From NCBI GenBank assembly GCA_031367385.1, contig JANLPS010000351.1, positions 1 through 10,392 on the forward strand: a stretch of 10,392 nucleotides of DNA. Reading direction: 5' to 3'. Each line of letters starts with the position of its first letter. The first letter of the stretch is position 1. This document shows positions 6,799-10,392 of this stretch, one piece after another. This stretch comes from Archangium sp. (GTDB taxonomy: Bacteria > Myxococcota > Myxococcia > Myxococcales > Myxococcaceae). The notes under the pieces were generated by a model. It saw only the letters and a list, made by a program, of their open reading frames with translations. It did no database searches and was not told the DNA's origin. The translations under genes and the position numbers were made by a program.

Positions 6799-8450
6799 GG
6801 CGTGATCTCCACAGGGCGAAAGCGAAATGAGGTGGTCGAGGTGAGAGCGCCGATCATGTCTTTGATCGCGTAGCCCTCAGTGCCCAGGTTGTTGGCCATG
6901 GTGGTGATGTCGCACAGGTCTTCAGAATTGTCGGCGCGCTGGTAGCCGTAGCGCAGCCAGTTCACCGCGTATGAGATGCGCGCGTCGGGGGCGGTCGAGA
7001 TGGCGGTCGAGAGCTCGAGGGCATTCTTGAACGCAACGGTGGTCTCACCCAGCGCGACCGAGCCGGTGGTGTCGACGTCGAAGTTGTTTTCTTTCGTGCG
7101 GTACTGGCCGACGGCGTCGTAGTTGCCGAACGCGAAGCCGTAGCTGTTGATGCGCGCGTGGCAGGTCGCGCAACCAGCGGGTGAGGTCTTGGCGGCGACT
7201 TGGTCTCGGGTGGTGTGAATCGCGCCCGAGCCCACTGGGGGCAGGGTGAAGTCGATGCCCGCGGGAGGGTCTCCTTGTGGCAGCCCGAGCACTCGGCGAA
7301 TCACGAACACACCGCGGTGAATCGGCGAGTCGGTGCGCGCATACGAGTGCGAGGCGAGAAACCCGATCTGGGTCAACAACCCCTGACGCTGCGCCGGGTC
7401 GAGGGTGACTTTGGAGAACTGGCTCGACGAGAACGTACCGGCGACCTGGTACAGCGCGGCGAGCTCTTTGTTCACGAAGGTGTAGTTCGACGTGTAGATG
7501 CTCGCGAACGAGCTGGGCTCGTCGAAGATGATGTTCTTCAGGTAGCGCAACGTCTCTTGCTGCATCGCGGGCGCCATCGACGACGAGAAGTTGGGGAAGA
7601 GTGCAAGGTCGCGGTTCAGGTTGTTTTCGCGATCGAGATCGAGCCACTGCGAGTGAAAGTCATCGACCACCGCGCGGGCCCTGGGGTCGGCGAGCAGGCG
7701 CGTGGTCTGGGCCTTGAGCTCTGCAACATCAGTCAGCCCGCCCGAGTCGGCCAGGCCGAACAAGGTGTCGTCGGGCATCGAGTTCCACAACAAATACGAG
7801 AGGCGCGAGGCCATCTCGTACGAGTTGAGCGCCACCATGTCGTTCACCGGCAGCTGCTCGGCGAGCTCGACGCGATACAAGAAGTTCGGAGACTGCAGCA
7901 TCGCCTCGATGGTCAGCTGCACGCCCTTCGCCAGCGGGTCGGTGCCATCGAGCAGCGTGTTGGCTGCCTTGAAGAGCGTGAAGTAGGTCGCCTTCTCGGC
8001 GTCGGTGAGCGGGCGGCGAAAGGCGCGCTTGCCGAAGGTGTCGATGAACTGTTTCGCGCACGCATCGGTGGCAGCCGAACAGGGAGAGACCTTCGAGAGC
8101 GCGCCGGCCGCGACCTGCGATGAGAGATCTTCAGCGGCGCGGCGGTAATCACGGCCGAGGCGATCAGCCACGGCGAGGCCAACCGCGCTGTTGTTGAAGC
8201 CTTGAAAGGTCGAGTCTTTCTGAAACGCCGACGAGGGCGCAGTGGTGACGCCGAGCAGGTCGCGCACCGTGTTGTCGTACTGGGTGTGCGTGAGGCGTAC
8301 GAGCTTGGTGCCCGGCGAGACAGGCTTGGCGGGTACCGCGCACAGCGCGCTGGTGTCGACGACGCCCGGGCTGGGGCCGCTGATGGTCCCGGTGCAACCG
8401 ACGAAGATCAGCGCGCTCGACAGCCACGCGATGCGAAAGGTCAAAGGCAT
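6795..8450 (-). CDS. DUF1592-family lipoprotein (DUF1587-DUF1595-DUF1592-DUF1588-DUF1585 architecture) with one CxxCH motif, 551 aa
   Basis: GAGGAG immediately before ATG 8450 and a lipobox LIFVGC. Domain blocks: RLTHTQYDNTVRDLLG (DUF1587), FGKRAFRRPLT (DUF1595), LQSPNFLYRVE, YEMASRLSYLLWNSMPDD...FHSQWL (DUF1592), RQGLLTQ...SPIHRGVFV...CATCH...GFAFGNYDAVGQYR (DUF1588), and C-terminal LTSTTSFRFR. CATCH lies at 7158-7172. Confidence 0.93.
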   Translation of the reverse strand: MPLTFRIAWLSSALIFVGCTGTISGPSPGVVDTSALCAVPAKPVSPGTKLVRLTHTQYDNTVRDLLGVTTAPSSAFQKDSTFQGFNNSAVGLAVADRLGRDYRRAAEDLSSQVAAGALSKVSPCSAATDACAKQFIDTFGKRAFRRPLTDAEKATYFTLFKAANTLLDGTDPLAKGVQLTIEAMLQSPNFLYRVELAEQLPVNDMVALNSYEMASRLSYLLWNSMPDDTLFGLADSGGLTDVAELKAQTTRLLADPRARAVVDDFHSQWLDLDRENNLNRDLALFPNFSSSMAPAMQQETLRYLKNIIFDEPSSFASIYTSNYTFVNKELAALYQVAGTFSSSQFSKVTLDPAQRQGLLTQIGFLASHSYARTDSPIHRGVFVIRRVLGLPQGDPPAGIDFTLPPVGSGAIHTTRDQVAAKTSPAGCATCHARINSYGFAFGNYDAVGQYRTKENNFDVDTTGSVALGETTVAFKNALELSTAISTAPDARISYAVNWLRYGYQRADNSEDLCDITTMANNLGTEGYAIKDMIGALTSTTSFRFRPVEITP

Positions 8451-8514
8451 GCTCCTCTGGAGAGAACCACCGTCACGGGGGAAGCTCAATTGTTCACAGC
8501 AGTTACCAGGGCCG

Positions 8515-9663
8515 CTATTCGACGGCCACGCCGCCGGGCTCGGTACAAGTGCCCTTGAGGGGCTGCCACCATTCAACCGAGGCCTCAGGCACACCCGCGG
8601 AGAGCCCACCAACCACCAGGATCGTGCCGTCAGGCAACACGGTCGCGGTGTGCTGCTTGCGAGAGACCGCGAGCTTGCCCGCGTCGCACCACTTCGCGCG
8701 TGCGTTGTCCCATCTTTGAATGCGTCGCGTATCGACTGAATTCGGAGGTTCGCCTCCGATGACCACCACGTCAACACCCGCGACGACGGAGGCGGTGTGC
8801 GCAGAGAGCGCCATGGTCAGATTCGCGTCGCCCAACGCCCACCCTCTCGCACCTGCGGCCCAGGTCTCGACGTAGTTGGTCGCGGTGCTGGTGCTGATGC
8901 CGCCGATGACGGTGACGGTGTCTGCGCGGGCCACGGTCGCGGCGCGTTGCCGTGGCTCGCTGAGCGGAGGCAGCACTTCCCAGCCTCCGTCGATGAGCCG
9001 CTCGGTCTGCGCCACGGCCACGCCAGAACCAGGCGGGTTTTGCCCGACGTTCGATCGGCCCGCGACGACCACCACGCTGCCGTTGGCCAGGCGCACGGCC
9101 TCGTGTTGCCACCGCGCGAGGTGCAGGGGTGGGCCGAAGCTCCAGGTGTTGGTGGCGGGGTCGAACAGCTCGACCGAGGCGAGGTGTGAGCGCTGCTCTT
9201 TCGCGCCGCCGACGATCATCACCCGGCCATCGCCCAGCAGGGTCGCGGTGTGGCCGTTGCGGGCTTCGTGCATCGGCTCGGTGGTGTGCCACTCGTTCTT
9301 GGCTGGGTCGTACAGCTCGGTCGACGCCACGGCGACGAAGCGCGCCGAGCCATCGTCTGACGACTCTTGCGTGGTGCCTCCTGTGACCAACACGCGCCCG
9401 TCGTTGAGCAGGGTGGCCGTGTGGTGCGAGCGACCCTGGGCGAGCGTGCCGGCGAGTGACCACTTCTTGGTCTTGGGTGAAAACAGCTCGGCCTGAGTCA
9501 GGGTGGTCAAACCATCGAGGCCACGGCCTCCGACCACCAGCACCCGGCCGTCTTGCAGCAAGGTGGCGGAGTGAAAGGTGCGCGCGGTCTTCAACGCTCC
9601 CGCAGGAGTGACCTTGCCCTGGGCGAGGGTGACGGCGCTGATCAGGGCCAGCGCGTAGATCAC
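8515..9663 (-). CDS. Secreted Kelch-repeat (galactose-oxidase-type) beta-propeller protein, 382 aa
   Basis: Signal peptide MIYALALISAVTLA|Q. Seven repeats of RxxHtAtlLxDGrVlvxGG...E-y/fdP...W type: RTFHSA, RSHHTA, RNGHTA, RWQHEA, RQRAAT, LSAHTA, RKQHTA. GTG start overlaps the upstream stop (GTGA). Confidence 0.92.
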   Translation of the reverse strand: MIYALALISAVTLAQGKVTPAGALKTARTFHSATLLQDGRVLVVGGRGLDGLTTLTQAELFSPKTKKWSLAGTLAQGRSHHTATLLNDGRVLVTGGTTQESSDDGSARFVAVASTELYDPAKNEWHTTEPMHEARNGHTATLLGDGRVMIVGGAKEQRSHLASVELFDPATNTWSFGPPLHLARWQHEAVRLANGSVVVVAGRSNVGQNPPGSGVAVAQTERLIDGGWEVLPPLSEPRQRAATVARADTVTVIGGISTSTATNYVETWAAGARGWALGDANLTMALSAHTASVVAGVDVVVIGGEPPNSVDTRRIQRWDNARAKWCDAGKLAVSRKQHTATVLPDGTILVVGGLSAGVPEASVEWWQPLKGTCTEPGGVAVE

Positions 9664-10392
9664 GACTTGGGTTTCACCGGCAGTGGCGGCCTGGGCATGG
9701 TGCTCGGGCCTTGCACCCGCGGCCCAGCGGAGATGACCTTCGATTCTGGCGGCATGACCGGGTCGGGCGGCAGCAGTGGCGAACGGGTTTGCGGCGCGGG
9801 CTTGGAGAGGGCCGCGGCGAGCTGACCACCTCGCTCGTCACCGGTGGCTTCGGCGTCGTCTTCGGCGATGACGATCACGCGATCGTGCGCCCCCAGCTCG
9901 AGCTCGTCACCCTGCGGCGGGTTGATGACGGGCAGTTGGCCGGCCTTCAAGTAGCCGATCGCCACTTCGTTGCGCTCTCGTGCGACCAGCTGCACCGCGA
10001 GCCAGCTGGTGGGCGAATCGAGCACCGCGAAGCAGGCCGCGCGCTTCAAGTAGATCTCGTTGCCATCGGAGTCGAAGAGATCGGCGAACACCGCGTTCAG
10101 GTCGCGCCGCTCCGAGACCTGCGCCAGCAGCATCGAGGTCATCTCGGCCGACACCACGAAGTCAGCGCCGTAGTCTTGCTCGAGCAGATCTTTGGTTCGC
10201 GGGTCGAGAATCTCGCTGATGATTCGGGGCTTCGGGTCGCTCAGGTCTTTGAACAAATCTCGCAGCAACAACACGGTGATGACCGTGCGCGCGTCGGCCT
10301 CTTCGGGGTCGCGGTTGGTATCGGCCACCACCATCGCCACCAAGAAGTCGGGCGAGAGCACCTGCTTGAGCGGGTCGGGCATGGTGGGGTCG
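9660..10392 (-). CDS. CASTOR/POLLUX (DMI1)-related putative ion channel, C-terminal RCK region (5' truncated by window edge)
   Basis: The frame is open to the window edge (..DPTMPDPL, a GDPT-like RCK motif). ADARTVITVLLLRD...RIISEILDPRTKDL...ADFVVSAEMTSMLLAQVSERRDLNAVFADLFDSDGNEIYLK...AIGY...INPP...DRVIVIAED matches this family's second RCK domain. It ends in a Pro-rich tail. Confidence 0.87.
   Translation of the reverse strand, partial: DPTMPDPLKQVLSPDFLVAMVVADTNRDPEEADARTVITVLLLRDLFKDLSDPKPRIISEILDPRTKDLLEQDYGADFVVSAEMTSMLLAQVSERRDLNAVFADLFDSDGNEIYLKRAACFAVLDSPTSWLAVQLVARERNEVAIGYLKAGQLPVINPPQGDELELGAHDRVIVIAEDDAEATGDERGGQLAAALSKPAPQTRSPLLPPDPVMPPESKVISAGPRVQGPSTMPRPPLPVKPKS

Noticed and set aside
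5284..8123. Long antisense ORFs (5284..6156, 6181..6873, 7200..8123) and other alternative-frame ORFs
   Set aside because: Typical stop-poor shadow frames of high-GC genes, with no recognisable motifs.
8491..8502. Shared GAAGC(TC)AATTG-like motif upstream of the DUF1592 gene (CAATTG 8497-8502) and the catalase gene (CAATTG 2414-2419)
   Set aside because: Only a 6-bp palindrome with inconsistent flanks. CAATTG also occurs inside coding regions (near 4134 and 6430), so it is insufficient evidence of a regulon.
8451..8777. N-terminal extension of the 660-aa ORF 6795..8777
   Set aside because: It overlaps the Kelch gene in another frame. ATG 8450 has an upstream GAGGAG and begins a lipoprotein signal peptide.
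8600..9590. Recurring DNA similarity at roughly 150-bp spacing as a CRISPR or non-coding repeat array
   Set aside because: Explained by degenerate Kelch repeat codons. No identical direct repeats with unique spacers were seen anywhere in the window.
8515..9663. Kelch protein as a galactose/glyoxal oxidase
   Set aside because: Propeller only. It lacks the C-terminal Ig-like domain and recognisable Tyr/Cys/His copper-radical ligands.

Overview
GC-rich, densely coding bacterial chromosomal segment. Its gene content (TIGR02996-LRR, DUF1592/DUF1552 pair, DAG-linker lipoproteins) points to Myxococcota; this is an inference. Nine CDS: (1) a hypothetical protein with a C-terminal PPC-like domain behind a sigma-28-like -10 element; (2) a small catalase-related heme lipoprotein; (3) an orphan beta-class amino-methyltransferase-fold protein with a non-canonical motif IV (TSLPD); (4) a divergently transcribed TIGR02996-LRR protein; then a minus-strand run of (9) the C-terminal part of a CASTOR/POLLUX-like ion channel, (8) a secreted seven-bladed Kelch protein, and the coupled trio of (7) a DUF1592-family CxxCH lipoprotein, (6) a Tat-type DUF1552 (HxxSHH) protein and (5) a Cip1-like beta-sandwich lipoprotein. 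The trio is the best candidate for a functionally undescribed cell-envelope system. No RNA genes, CRISPR arrays or mobile elements were seen. All family calls come from motif recognition by eye, not database searches.
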